DNA of 64,000 nt, taken from positions 64,001-128,000 of IMG/VR virus record IMGVR_UViG_3300046820_001270; one strand, written 5' to 3'. Below the pieces are notes generated by a model. That model ran no database searches. It was not told the DNA's origin and saw only the letters and a program-made list of their open reading frames with translations. Every line of letters starts with the position of its first letter. The stretch's first letter is position 1. The position numbers were made by a program, and so were the translations under genes. This stretch comes from a virus. Its lineage: Duplodnaviria; Caudoviricetes. This document shows, piece after piece, positions 34,507 to 43,250 of this stretch.

Positions 34507-35361
34507 ATGATAGAAAGTAATAAAATATACAATGAAAGTTGTTTAGAAACCATGTCAAAAATGGATAATGAATCTATTGATTTGGTACTAACATCACCAC
34601 CTTATGATGATTTAAGAACTTATAATAAATTCGTTACTGGTAATAAAACTGAATTTAACGGATACTCATTTCCATTTGAAGATATTGCTAAGGAATTATA
34701 TCGTATAACCAAACCAGGTGGAGTAGTAGTTTGGGTTGTTGGAGACGCAACAAATAAAGGATCAGAAACGGGAACGTCATTCAGGCAAGCTTTATTTTTT
34801 AAAGAATGTGGATTTGATTTATATGATACTATGATATATCAAAAAACAGGTACACCTTTTCCTCAGAAAGATAGGTACAATCAAATTTTTGAATATATGT
34901 TTGTATTTTCTAAAGGAAAACCAAAAACGTTTAATCCTGTTATGAAGAAAAATGTAACAGCGGGTGCTGTGAGAAATAGTAGAAAATTTAGAAATGCTGA
35001 AGGTGAAATGATTCCTGGTTTTAATGGAAAACCAGTAAATGAATGGGGGGTTGAGAATAATATTTGGGTAATAAGAAACGGTATGTATAAATCTAGTAAA
35101 GATATAGTAGCATTTGAACACCCTGCAATATTTCCCGAAGAATTAGCATTAAAACACATTATAAGTTGGACGACAGAAAATGACTTAGTTTATGATCCTT
35201 TTATGGGTAGTGGAACCACAGCTAAATGTTCAATTCAATTAAATAGAAATTGGATTGGTTCTGAAATTGATAATGATTATTATGAATTGATAAAAAAAAG
35301 AATGTTAAATGTTTCAAATGAAATGATAGATACTTTTATAACTAGAAAAGATTTAAAATAA
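34507..35361 (+). CDS. beta-class N4-cytosine/N6-adenine DNA methyltransferase
   Basis: TSPPY, HPAIFP, DPFMGSGTT, GSEI. Confidence 0.92.
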   Translation: MIESNKIYNESCLETMSKMDNESIDLVLTSPPYDDLRTYNKFVTGNKTEFNGYSFPFEDIAKELYRITKPGGVVVWVVGDATNKGSETGTSFRQALFFKECGFDLYDTMIYQKTGTPFPQKDRYNQIFEYMFVFSKGKPKTFNPVMKKNVTAGAVRNSRKFRNAEGEMIPGFNGKPVNEWGVENNIWVIRNGMYKSSKDIVAFEHPAIFPEELALKHIISWTTENDLVYDPFMGSGTTAKCSIQLNRNWIGSEIDNDYYELIKKRMLNVSNEMIDTFITRKDLK

Positions 35362-35362
35362 T

Positions 35363-35393
35363 TTTGTATATTCAAAAACATTTCATATCTTTG
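35363..35393 (+). promoter_or_regulatory. Bacteroidota-type promoter
   Basis: TTTG 35363-35366, 19-nt spacer, TATCTTTG 35386-35393. Confidence 0.75.
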
Positions 35394-35398
35394 TTGGT

Positions 35399-35812
35399 AT
35401 GAATATATTACTAATAATTTTTATAATATTGGTTTGGGTAACCTCATCTGTATATGTGATGTATTATCATAATAAACATTACACATTAGGTTTGGATATG
35501 GTAATAGGTGCAATATTGTTAGGTCCAATATTGGCTTTAATAGTAGGAAAGGATGTTGAAGAGAAGAAGAAATATTATGGGGTAATGGAACAGGAGAGTA
35601 ATAATAGACATAGAGGATGGTTTAGAACAATGGGGGAAATTAATAGACAACGAATGACAAGTTTTGGTAGATCCATTCCACCTCCACCACCGATATCACG
35701 AATTGCCCAAGCACAATCAGAGAGAGATGAAGCAGTTAGGTCGGCAATAGAAAGAATAGATAAAAATAAATTAAAAGACTTCAAATTTTTGAGGAGTAAT
35801 GTTAAAGATTGA
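35399..35812 (+). CDS. membrane protein with C-terminal FKFLRS tag
   Basis: Two TM segments, PPPPP stretch, ends KDFKFLRSNVKD. Confidence 0.75.
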   Translation: MNILLIIFIILVWVTSSVYVMYYHNKHYTLGLDMVIGAILLGPILALIVGKDVEEKKKYYGVMEQESNNRHRGWFRTMGEINRQRMTSFGRSIPPPPPISRIAQAQSERDEAVRSAIERIDKNKLKDFKFLRSNVKD

Positions 35813-36452
35813 TAACGATAGAAAAGTATGGGTGACTTCGGACACACACTATTCACACACAAACATATGTCGTGGAATAACTAATTGGAGATTGCCTAAT
35901 GGTGATGTACCAGAGAAACAAACACGCCCATTTGAAACATTGGATAAGATGAATGCGTCAATTGTAAACAACATCAATGAGGTTGTTGGTCAGGATGATG
36001 TGTTGATACATTTTGGCGACTGGTCATTTGGTGGATTTGAAACTATTGAAGAACTTCGTAATAGAATATGGTGTAAAGAAATACATTTAATTTATGGGAA
36101 TCATGACCACCATCTGGTTAACAATAGAGATAACTGTCAGAAACTATTCACATCAACACAATGGTTCTTACAATTGAACTATATGGGTGAGACAATGGAA
36201 TGTATGCACTTTCCTATCCTGTCATGGAATGGACTGGGTAAGGGTCGTATACACCTTCACGGACATTCTCACCTCCCCAATGAAAAGAAAATATCATTTA
36301 GAAGAATGGATGTTGGTATGGATGGACACCCTGAATTTAGACCTTATGATTTACATAGGGAGATAATGAATCCAATGAAGAAACAACCAATAGGTTCTGA
36401 ACTTGGAGCTGACGAACATCATATTGATAAATTGAAAAATGTTGTAGGATAA
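35799..36452 (+). CDS. calcineurin-like metallophosphoesterase
   Basis: SDTH, GD, GNHD, HFP, HGHSH. Confidence 0.9.
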   Translation: MLKIDNDRKVWVTSDTHYSHTNICRGITNWRLPNGDVPEKQTRPFETLDKMNASIVNNINEVVGQDDVLIHFGDWSFGGFETIEELRNRIWCKEIHLIYGNHDHHLVNNRDNCQKLFTSTQWFLQLNYMGETMECMHFPILSWNGLGKGRIHLHGHSHLPNEKKISFRRMDVGMDGHPEFRPYDLHREIMNPMKKQPIGSELGADEHHIDKLKNVVG

Positions 36453-36487
36453 TTTTTTTATATCATAATTTTTATTTATATTATACC

Positions 36488-36730
36488 ATGACTTTAGAAG
36501 AAATAATTGAAATGTTTCCTGAAGAGGAGTTCTTAACCGCAGATGGTTTTGATAGTGCTATCGTTGGCGTTGAACCAAATAGTATGAGATTAGTATATAA
36601 TCGTGATAAGATGATTGGTATACTAATTGCGGATGAGGAGATGGAAGAGATTGATGCAATAGAGTATTTGGAATATAATACTTGGAACGCTTATGTCGGT
36701 GAGAAGACACCAATTTTTATTGAAATTTAA
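36488..36730 (+). CDS. conserved-looking phage hypothetical protein
   Basis: ADGFDSAIVG...VY...AIEYLEYN...AYVGEKTPIF. Confidence 0.75.
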   Translation: MTLEEIIEMFPEEEFLTADGFDSAIVGVEPNSMRLVYNRDKMIGILIADEEMEEIDAIEYLEYNTWNAYVGEKTPIFIEI

Positions 36731-36740
36731 AACAAAGTAT

Positions 36741-37022
36741 ATGGAACTATTTGGAATTATTTTATTGAGTGTCGGTCTTGTCTCAGGAGGGATTTTTTTA
36801 TGGATGGAGATAGGTATAACAAACGATAGACTACGATGGTTAGAAGAAAGATTAACCAAGTTAGAAAAGGATGCGGTTAAGATTACATTTACCCCAAAAC
36901 CAAATCCAAAAAAATTTGATGGAGTTAAAAGTGAAGAACCGTTTGTTAAAACTAGAACCAAACGCAAACCCAAATCAGTAAAAGATTGGGAAGATAATTA
37001 TGATTTAGGAGGACACGAATAA
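36741..37022 (+). CDS. hypothetical protein with N-terminal TM
   Basis: Start likely ATG 36741 (MELFGIIL). Confidence 0.65.
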   Translation: MELFGIILLSVGLVSGGIFLWMEIGITNDRLRWLEERLTKLEKDAVKITFTPKPNPKKFDGVKSEEPFVKTRTKRKPKSVKDWEDNYDLGGHE

Positions 37023-37048
37023 TGACCATTTTTGTTATATTTAATAAT

Positions 37049-37147
37049 ATGACAAAAAAACAAATTAAAGCCAAAAGTAGACTTAAAATGGGTAAGAAAA
37101 CCCGAAACCAAATGCAAAAAAAGGGAGTTCATATGAAGAAATCCTAA
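37049..37147 (+). CDS. 32-aa highly basic peptide (not in ORF track)
   Basis: MTKKQIKAKSRLKMGKKTRNQMQKKGVHMKKS. Confidence 0.45.
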   Translation: MTKKQIKAKSRLKMGKKTRNQMQKKGVHMKKS

Positions 37148-37154
37148 TCCAAAG

Positions 37155-37161
37155 TATTTAT
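37155..37161 (+). promoter_or_regulatory. putative late-promoter motif TATTTAT
   Basis: Upstream of ATG 37176. Confidence 0.5.
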
Positions 37162-37175
37162 ATAAAAAGAAGATT

Positions 37176-37388
37176 ATGTCAAAAGTAGTAAAGATTAAAC
37201 AATCTGATATTGAAACTATCGTTGAAAATATCATTTCAGATAAAATGGACCAAGAGAACTCAATTGCGAAAGAAGAGGAAGTGTCTGAAAATCAAGGAGG
37301 TGGAGAACAATTCATGGTTGCCAAAAGTGAAGATGGAAAGTACGCCGTGATCAATATCAAGACAGGTGAAGTATTAGGAATGAAATAA
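37176..37388 (+). CDS. small probable virion-internal protein
   Basis: MSKVVKIKQSDIETIVE N-terminus, late motif. Confidence 0.7.
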   Translation: MSKVVKIKQSDIETIVENIISDKMDQENSIAKEEEVSENQGGGEQFMVAKSEDGKYAVINIKTGEVLGMK

Positions 37389-37389
37389 G

Positions 37390-37409
37390 TTATCCACATA
37401 TTATACACA
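37390..37409 (+). promoter_or_regulatory. two tandem DnaA-box consensus matches
   Basis: TTATCCACA 37390-37398 and TTATACACA 37401-37409, intergenic. Confidence 0.4.
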
Positions 37410-37414
37410 TTTAG

Positions 37415-37443
37415 AACCCCAAAAAATATTTTGGGGTTTTTTT
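37415..37443 (+). terminator. intrinsic terminator
   Basis: aaccccaaaa / ttttggggtt stem plus T-run. Confidence 0.8.
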
Positions 37444-37452
37444 ATTATTTTC

Positions 37453-37484
37453 TTTGATATTCTAAAATATATTTTATATCTTTG
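37453..37484 (+). promoter_or_regulatory. Bacteroidota-type promoter
   Basis: TTTG 37453-37456, 20-nt spacer, TATCTTTG 37477-37484. Confidence 0.75.
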
Positions 37485-37488
37485 TCGA

Positions 37489-37809
37489 ATGAGTTATATT
37501 ATAGGTAGTAAGTGTGTTAGTTGTATTGATGGAGCATGTCTAAAAGTGTGTCCTGTCGATTGTATTAACGGTCCGATCCATCCCGATGGGATGGGTAAAG
37601 AGTCTCTTGGAATGACTGATGAAGAGAAGGTGGGTAAACAGCTATATATTAACCCTGACGTGTGTATTGACTGTGGTGCGTGCGTTCCTGAGTGTCCTGT
37701 GGATGCCATCCACCCAACGGAAGTATGGGCAATAAAGGAAGGTGAGTTGGAATATGTCAATAAGAATTACGAATTTTACGGACAAACTTATAAACCTAGA
37801 ACAAAATGA
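37489..37809 (+). CDS. dicluster ferredoxin (FdxA-like)
   Basis: CVSCIDGACLKVCPVDC and CIDCGACVPECPVDAI. Confidence 0.92.
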   Translation: MSYIIGSKCVSCIDGACLKVCPVDCINGPIHPDGMGKESLGMTDEEKVGKQLYINPDVCIDCGACVPECPVDAIHPTEVWAIKEGELEYVNKNYEFYGQTYKPRTK

Positions 37810-37994
37810 AACTACTAACTTACTACAAAGGGCCAGAGATATTCTGGTTCCGGATCTTTGGGTATGGATTATCCTTTAGATCCTTTAAACACGGATTTGT
37901 ACCATTTTCAATAAGATATGGATATCGCAAAACATTTAAACTTTTCGGTTATCGAATTGAAATTTTAAAAAGAGACAAATGGCAAAGAGGATAA
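37806..37994 (+). CDS. hypothetical protein
   Basis: 62-aa aromatic-rich ORF, ATGA coupling. Confidence 0.6.
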   Translation: MKLLTYYKGPEIFWFRIFGYGLSFRSFKHGFVPFSIRYGYRKTFKLFGYRIEILKRDKWQRG

Positions 37995-38113
37995 TCCAAA
38001 AAAAAATACTATATTACGAAACATTATTGACCGAAACAAAAGGATTTCTTAGGAGATTACAAATAAAGTTTTGGATGTACAATGAAAAGTGTAAATTAAA
38101 AAAATACAAATAA
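37979..38113 (+). CDS. 44-aa hypothetical protein (not in ORF track)
   Basis: MAKRIIQKK...KLKKYK; TAA overlaps next ATG at 38113. Confidence 0.55.
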   Translation: MAKRIIQKKILYYETLLTETKGFLRRLQIKFWMYNEKCKLKKYK

Positions 38114-38364
38114 TGATTTTTATTTTAATCTATATCGTGGGATTTATCCTAACACTTACATTCCTTAAACTATATGGGAAGAAGATAGGATTTGATTATG
38201 ATCCACCACATGAAGGAGATTATGATGATTGGGAAGACAATGCACAAGCATATACTTTCTTTTCATTCTTTTGGATTGCATTTGTTCCAATGGCATCAAT
38301 TGTTGGATTGATTAGAGGTTTATATAAATTTACTCAATGGTTTTTAAAATACCCAAACGTTTAA
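38113..38364 (+). CDS. small membrane protein
   Basis: Two hydrophobic segments. Confidence 0.7.
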   Translation: MIFILIYIVGFILTLTFLKLYGKKIGFDYDPPHEGDYDDWEDNAQAYTFFSFFWIAFVPMASIVGLIRGLYKFTQWFLKYPNV

Positions 38365-38365
38365 T

Positions 38366-38569
38366 ATGACAATACTATTAATATACTGGATACTAACAAC
38401 AATATACGGAGTGTATTGGTTAGTTAAACACCCATCAGATAGAAGATGCGAGGATGAAAATGAATTTACATTATTGGAAGTTGTTGCTAAAACTGTTCCG
38501 GCGGCGATGATAGCTTGGGCGATCGTCCCAATGCTGTTATTAAATAAAGTTAAATTTAAAAGAAGATAA
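38366..38569 (+). CDS. small membrane protein
   Basis: Two hydrophobic segments. Confidence 0.65.
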   Translation: MTILLIYWILTTIYGVYWLVKHPSDRRCEDENEFTLLEVVAKTVPAAMIAWAIVPMLLLNKVKFKRR

Positions 38570-38570
38570 T

Positions 38571-38720
38571 ATGAAAAAATACGAATACTTAGCGAGACCT
38601 TTACTAACACAAGATCATTTAAATACATTAGGTCAAGATGGGTGGGACTTAGTTTGTGTAAATCAAAACATATACATCTTTAAAAGAGAGATAGTTGAAC
38701 CTAAAACTAAAAAGAAATAA
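38571..38720 (+). CDS. 49-aa DUF4177-like protein (not in ORF track)
   Basis: KYEY...LNTLGQDGWDLV...YIFKR. Confidence 0.7.
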   Translation: MKKYEYLARPLLTQDHLNTLGQDGWDLVCVNQNIYIFKREIVEPKTKKK

Positions 38721-38721
38721 T

Positions 38722-38967
38722 ATGGCAAAGGCAACATTAGAGTTTAATTTAGATGATCATGATGATGTGAAGGCACATTTAAGATGTGTTAAATCTACAA
38801 GTATGGCAATTGCATTATGGGAAATTACCCATAACACAAAGAAAGGATTAGAGTGGTCGATGGAAGGAAAAGAGATTGACAAATACGACGCATTGGAATT
38901 GGTATATGAAAAGATATATGAAATCTTAAACGATCATAACATTAAAACGGATGAATTAATTGATTAA
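38722..38967 (+). CDS. hypothetical protein
   Basis: Start ATG 38722 (MAKATLEFNL). Confidence 0.75.
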   Translation: MAKATLEFNLDDHDDVKAHLRCVKSTSMAIALWEITHNTKKGLEWSMEGKEIDKYDALELVYEKIYEILNDHNIKTDELID

Positions 38968-39018
38968 ATTTGGAATTACAAAAAAAAGTATTTATATTTT
39001 AGAATAAAACAATACACC

Positions 39019-40047
39019 ATGTCAAGAATTAAAGAGTTAAGAACCAACGAAGATTACAATTTAAATATTGTTTCTATTTTAGAAATGTTTAGTCCTGAGG
39101 GTAAATCAAAATATACGGAGACATTACTTCGTATGATGAAGAATACTCCTAATTTGAAAGAACACACTAAAGAAATTAAGTTAGTTCTTATGGAGAAGTT
39201 TCCATTCATGGAGAAGAGTAAGTTAGATATAATGAGCGACGTTCAAATAATGTTGATTTATAAATTTATTGATGGGTTCTTTAATTTCGAAGACTTACAG
39301 AAATATAGAAAGTTTTGTGAATACAACGAAAGAAATTTAATTGAAGAAAATGATTTAACAAAATACAAATCATTCGATCAGATGATTGCTGCGATGGGTG
39401 TTGCAGAGATGAAAGCGGAAGAGAAAGAATTAGAAACACAAGTAATTAAAATACACGAAGATAGTCAGTGGTTATTAATTAGACCATTAACATTTAAATC
39501 ATCTTGTAAGTACGGTGCAAATACTAAATGGTGTACCACTACTGAACATAATCCTGAATACTATAACAAGTATGCTAAAAGAGGAGTGTTAGTTTATTGT
39601 GTTAATAAGAAGAACGGTTATAAAGTTGCGGCGTTTTATTCATTAGATAAGAATGAACCTGAATTTTCATATTGGAATCAAAAAGATACCCGTATCGATT
39701 CAACTGATTCACAATTACCATTAGAATTGATTGGTTTTATTCGTGATTATGTTAAAGACCCTAAGGTAAAATCTAATTGGTCTATGTTAGATAGTAATGA
39801 TAGAAAAAAAGAATCAGGTGGTAGAAAAAGTGCAATTAGTGAGAGAGTAGCATCTGCGGTAAGAAGAGCACAAGAAGAGATTGAAGTACGAGAACCAATG
39901 GTTATGGAAGAATCTGTAATGGAACAACCTGAATTACCATTTTATGATCAAAGAAGTGATGAAACGGAAGAACCTGAAAGTTCAATTGATAGAATGCAAT
40001 GGATATCAACAATTCAAACTACAAACGATGGCGATAGACGCGGTTAA
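39019..40047 (+). CDS. hypothetical protein with SCKYGANTKWC motif
   Basis: 342-aa ORF; promoter-like TTTG...TATATTTT upstream. Confidence 0.8.
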   Translation: MSRIKELRTNEDYNLNIVSILEMFSPEGKSKYTETLLRMMKNTPNLKEHTKEIKLVLMEKFPFMEKSKLDIMSDVQIMLIYKFIDGFFNFEDLQKYRKFCEYNERNLIEENDLTKYKSFDQMIAAMGVAEMKAEEKELETQVIKIHEDSQWLLIRPLTFKSSCKYGANTKWCTTTEHNPEYYNKYAKRGVLVYCVNKKNGYKVAAFYSLDKNEPEFSYWNQKDTRIDSTDSQLPLELIGFIRDYVKDPKVKSNWSMLDSNDRKKESGGRKSAISERVASAVRRAQEEIEVREPMVMEESVMEQPELPFYDQRSDETEEPESSIDRMQWISTIQTTNDGDRRG

Positions 40048-40237
40048 GATTGATAAATTACAACAGAAATTAAAAAAACTCAAGGAGGATCTCCACTATT
40101 GGGAAGTGGAGTTCCAACCTTCGGGTAATATGGGTAAATGGGGTCGAAGTGTTCGTTTAAATAGTTTAAATGAAAAGATTGAAAAGACCCAATCTAAAAT
40201 AATGATTGAAATGAAAAAAGGATATTATGGAGAATAA
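40028..40237 (+). CDS. hypothetical coiled-coil protein
   Basis: Start likely ATG 40028. Confidence 0.65.
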   Translation: MAIDAVKIDKLQQKLKKLKEDLHYWEVEFQPSGNMGKWGRSVRLNSLNEKIEKTQSKIMIEMKKGYYGE

Positions 40238-40424
40238 AAATAAACCATCTAAATTAAAAAGAACAATACAAATTGGGTTTTTTACATTTATCGGAGCTTC
40301 GATAATTGGATACATGTTTTACCCAATTATAACCGGAATATTTGATATATTATTTGTTTGGTTTGTTTTCAAATGGTTAAAAAAAAGAGGGGTCATAGTT
40401 AATTTTCATAAAAAGAATAAATAA
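40227..40424 (+). CDS. small membrane protein
   Basis: Hydrophobic core. Confidence 0.65.
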   Translation: MENKNKPSKLKRTIQIGFFTFIGASIIGYMFYPIITGIFDILFVWFVFKWLKKRGVIVNFHKKNK

Positions 40425-40428
40425 ACGA

Positions 40429-40435
40429 TATTTAT
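40429..40435 (+). promoter_or_regulatory. putative late-promoter motif TATTTAT
   Basis: 5 nt before ATG 40441. Confidence 0.5.
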
Positions 40436-40440
40436 AGACT

Positions 40441-40686
40441 ATGAAGGTTATTTTAACAGAAAGTCAATATACTCGTTTAATTGAAACCCAAAGTGAGGGT
40501 GAATGGGATAGTCAAAAGTTATATGAAAGGGAAAAAGTGGTTAAATTACTTAAAAAAGGACCTAAATACATAAGGGAATATATTAAAAAATTACCTCATA
40601 TTGAGGTACAAAATGACGAGGGAGACGTTAAAATAGCTACTCGTATACCTCAAACCATCCATCAATATTTATTTGGGAATTTCTAA
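40441..40686 (+). CDS. small probable virion-internal protein
   Basis: MKVILTESQYTRLIE N-terminus. Confidence 0.75.
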   Translation: MKVILTESQYTRLIETQSEGEWDSQKLYEREKVVKLLKKGPKYIREYIKKLPHIEVQNDEGDVKIATRIPQTIHQYLFGNF

Positions 40687-40702
40687 AATATTTTAAAAAA
40701 TA

Positions 40703-40734
40703 TTTGGAATATTCAAAAACCCCCCATATCTTTG
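40703..40734 (+). promoter_or_regulatory. Bacteroidota-type promoter
   Basis: TTTG 40703-40706, 20-nt spacer, TATCTTTG 40727-40734. Confidence 0.75.
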
Positions 40735-40751
40735 TACCCTAAATTAAAAAT

Positions 40752-41150
40752 ATGGGTAAAAAAACAGTACGTCTTAGTCCTTATGTGTTCCCTGGATTAA
40801 AACTCACACAAAAAGAAAGAGAAGGTCTTAAAAATTCTCAAAGGTCATTAAGATACAAAATGTCTAAAGATGAGATCTTAGAAATCATTGCCGAAGAATG
40901 TTCAATCAAAGTAAGTGATATCGCTTCTAAAACAAGAAAGACAGAAGTGGTTAATGGTCGTTTTATTTTCTGTGGTGTTATGAAAGAATACTTTGGATAC
41001 TCATTAAAAAAGATCGGCGAATTTGTTGGGGGTAGAGATCATACAACTATTATTCATTCAATTAGAGAATATAAAAATAGATATCAAAACGAAGAACATT
41101 ATCGTTATATGGTAAACAACATTTATAACAAAATAGGTTTAACAAAATAA
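40752..41150 (+). CDS. stand-alone DnaA domain IV (Bac_DnaA_C) DNA-binding protein
   Basis: SKTRKTEVVNGR...YSLKKIGEFVGGRDHTTIIHSIR; no AAA+ domain. Confidence 0.85.
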   Translation: MGKKTVRLSPYVFPGLKLTQKEREGLKNSQRSLRYKMSKDEILEIIAEECSIKVSDIASKTRKTEVVNGRFIFCGVMKEYFGYSLKKIGEFVGGRDHTTIIHSIREYKNRYQNEEHYRYMVNNIYNKIGLTK

Positions 41151-41151
41151 T

Positions 41152-41697
41152 ATGAAAACATTAATCATACATCCTGAGGATTCGAGCACATCCTTTCTTG
41201 ATATTGTATATGCTCCTATCGAAAATAAAACAGTAATAACAGGTGGAATTAGTAAATCTGAAGTCCAACAATTAATCCGTGAACATGATCGAGTGATGAT
41301 GATGGGACACGGCAGTCCTGGTGGATTGTTTAATGTTGGTCGGTTCACTAATTGTGGTGCTTATGTCATAGATCAGCAAATGGTACCACTATTAAAAGAG
41401 AAAGACAATAGTGTATTCATATGGTGTAATGCTGACAAATTTGTTGAGGTATTTGGATTGAAAGGTTTTTATTCGGGAATGTTCATCAGCGAAGTAGGTG
41501 AGGCAAATTATTGTGGTTTACCCGGTATGAGTCAAGAAGTTGTTGACGAATCTAATTATGGATTTTGTAATATTATTGCAAAATATATTAATGACGATAA
41601 AGAACTTATTCATGAAAATGTTAAGAAAGAATATGGTCTTATTGCAGAACAAAATCCAGTTGCATTTTACAACAACAATCGTTTATATAAATTTTAA
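41152..41697 (+). CDS. hypothetical protein
   Basis: MMGHGSPGGL, IWCNAD (His/Cys pair, possibly caspase-like fold). Confidence 0.7.
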   Translation: MKTLIIHPEDSSTSFLDIVYAPIENKTVITGGISKSEVQQLIREHDRVMMMGHGSPGGLFNVGRFTNCGAYVIDQQMVPLLKEKDNSVFIWCNADKFVEVFGLKGFYSGMFISEVGEANYCGLPGMSQEVVDESNYGFCNIIAKYINDDKELIHENVKKEYGLIAEQNPVAFYNNNRLYKF

Positions 41698-41707
41698 AAA
41701 TAAAAAA

Positions 41708-43018
41708 ATGAAAAATAATTACATGTCGTTTATTAAAAATTTTATGTTAATAACATTATTAACATTTGTAGTATCATGTACTAAAAAAGATATTACGGTT
41801 CCTGAACCAGTTGCGGTACAACCAGCACCAATTGAAGTAACGGACACCCAAAGTCTTAAATTATCTAAAGGACCATTACTTTATAATGAGTTTGTTGAGG
41901 AGATTAGAGTAGAAGATTATTTATCAAAACCAGCAATTGGAAGTAAATTAATTGTTCCGGTTATTGTTATTGATTGGATACCAACTGAAAATAATGTAGT
42001 GTTGCAATCTGTTAAAAATAGTCTTAAAGATTATGGAGATAAAGTAGTTAACGATTTAAATGAAACTGACATTTATAATTGGATGACAAATAACAATTAT
42101 AAAACAAAGTACTCAATCGAAGAAGGATCTAAATTTAGAGGATATAGTAATCCAACGGCAACACCCTATGTTGGTATTCAAGTTGTTAAACATTATAAAG
42201 TACATAAATGGGATTTAGTTAATAGTCCATTAAATGGTAGAAAACAACCAAACTATAAACAAATCTTTGACATGATTAAATTACAAGATTTAGTTGAACA
42301 AAATGGAGTTAAAGAAGTTTGGATTAACTATCCATATTATGTCGATGGATTAATAGTTGAGGAATCTAATATGTCTTCACCAAGAATAAAAAATGAGGGA
42401 TCATCTGCGGATGTATCTAATAGTTATCACATCACGACTGATTTACCCATCTACGATAAAACTTATGTTGTTTATGGTAATGCTGCGGATAGATGGTTTG
42501 CAGAAATGATACATTGTCGTGGACATCAAATTGAAGCTCAAATGGCGAAATTAAACAAAACTTTTTTTTGGAATGATTTTGTTGGATATAAAAGAGATGG
42601 AACCGCATATAAGCAAGAAGGTAGAGCAGGATCCACACATTTTACACCTAATTCAAACGGTGATTATGATTACAATAACCCAACATCAGTTTTATCTGAT
42701 ATCGGTGATTGGAAACCTGATAGAAGTGGAGTTAAAAAAATGGTTAACAACTCAACATGGGTTGGAGAAAGAAAAAATATGCCGTATCCGATTGTATCAA
42801 TACCAAAACATCAAAAATGGAATCAATTAATGAGACAAGGTGTTGGTGGAGACCCACAAAGTGCGTGGATCATATATTGGTATCAATCAATACCAAGTAC
42901 AACTCAAATAAAATACACAGACACAACAACCAAAACAATTAGAACGGTTGAAAATTGGTGGGATTTATTTTACAATTGGGAAAACGCGTTAAGGACAAAT
43001 AAAAATTTATACAAATAA
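41708..43018 (+). CDS. putative lipoprotein
   Basis: Start likely ATG 41708; lipobox-like LLTFVVSC-TKKD. Confidence 0.7.
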   Translation: MKNNYMSFIKNFMLITLLTFVVSCTKKDITVPEPVAVQPAPIEVTDTQSLKLSKGPLLYNEFVEEIRVEDYLSKPAIGSKLIVPVIVIDWIPTENNVVLQSVKNSLKDYGDKVVNDLNETDIYNWMTNNNYKTKYSIEEGSKFRGYSNPTATPYVGIQVVKHYKVHKWDLVNSPLNGRKQPNYKQIFDMIKLQDLVEQNGVKEVWINYPYYVDGLIVEESNMSSPRIKNEGSSADVSNSYHITTDLPIYDKTYVVYGNAADRWFAEMIHCRGHQIEAQMAKLNKTFFWNDFVGYKRDGTAYKQEGRAGSTHFTPNSNGDYDYNNPTSVLSDIGDWKPDRSGVKKMVNNSTWVGERKNMPYPIVSIPKHQKWNQLMRQGVGGDPQSAWIIYWYQSIPSTTQIKYTDTTTKTIRTVENWWDLFYNWENALRTNKNLYK

Positions 43019-43019
43019 T

Positions 43020-43250
43020 ATGAATAGATACAACTGTTTATTAATTTTACCTGAAGGTACTAAAGATATAACAATATTAGCGGATACGGTACATCCTGAT
43101 TCGACATGTGCAACAAGATTTCAAAAAAAAGTTGAGGTAATAGGTCTTTATGGGACACCTGAAACATCTTTTCAATTAGTGAGTCAATATCCAACAGATA
43201 AATTTGTTATTGAATCTATTGATTACAATGTAATAGATAACGATGAATAA
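43020..43250 (+). CDS. hypothetical protein
   Basis: 76-aa ORF in operon. Confidence 0.65.
   Translation: MNRYNCLLILPEGTKDITILADTVHPDSTCATRFQKKVEVIGLYGTPETSFQLVSQYPTDKFVIESIDYNVIDNDE

Noticed and set aside
37494-37760. 88-aa minus-strand ORF
   Set aside because: Antisense to a clear ferredoxin that has its own promoter.
27993-41150. Bacterial chromosome or oriC region (iscU, iscA, ferredoxin, dnaA-like)
   Set aside because: These genes are isolated among phage-type micro-ORFs; the dnaA-like gene lacks AAA+, and dnaN, iscS and hscAB are absent.
41540-41707. Upstream start extensions in the ORF track (e.g. 41540, 39944, 52679, 54826, 58423, 17904)
   Set aside because: They overlap upstream genes or promoters; downstream ATGs fit the signal peptides, tags and promoter spacing better.
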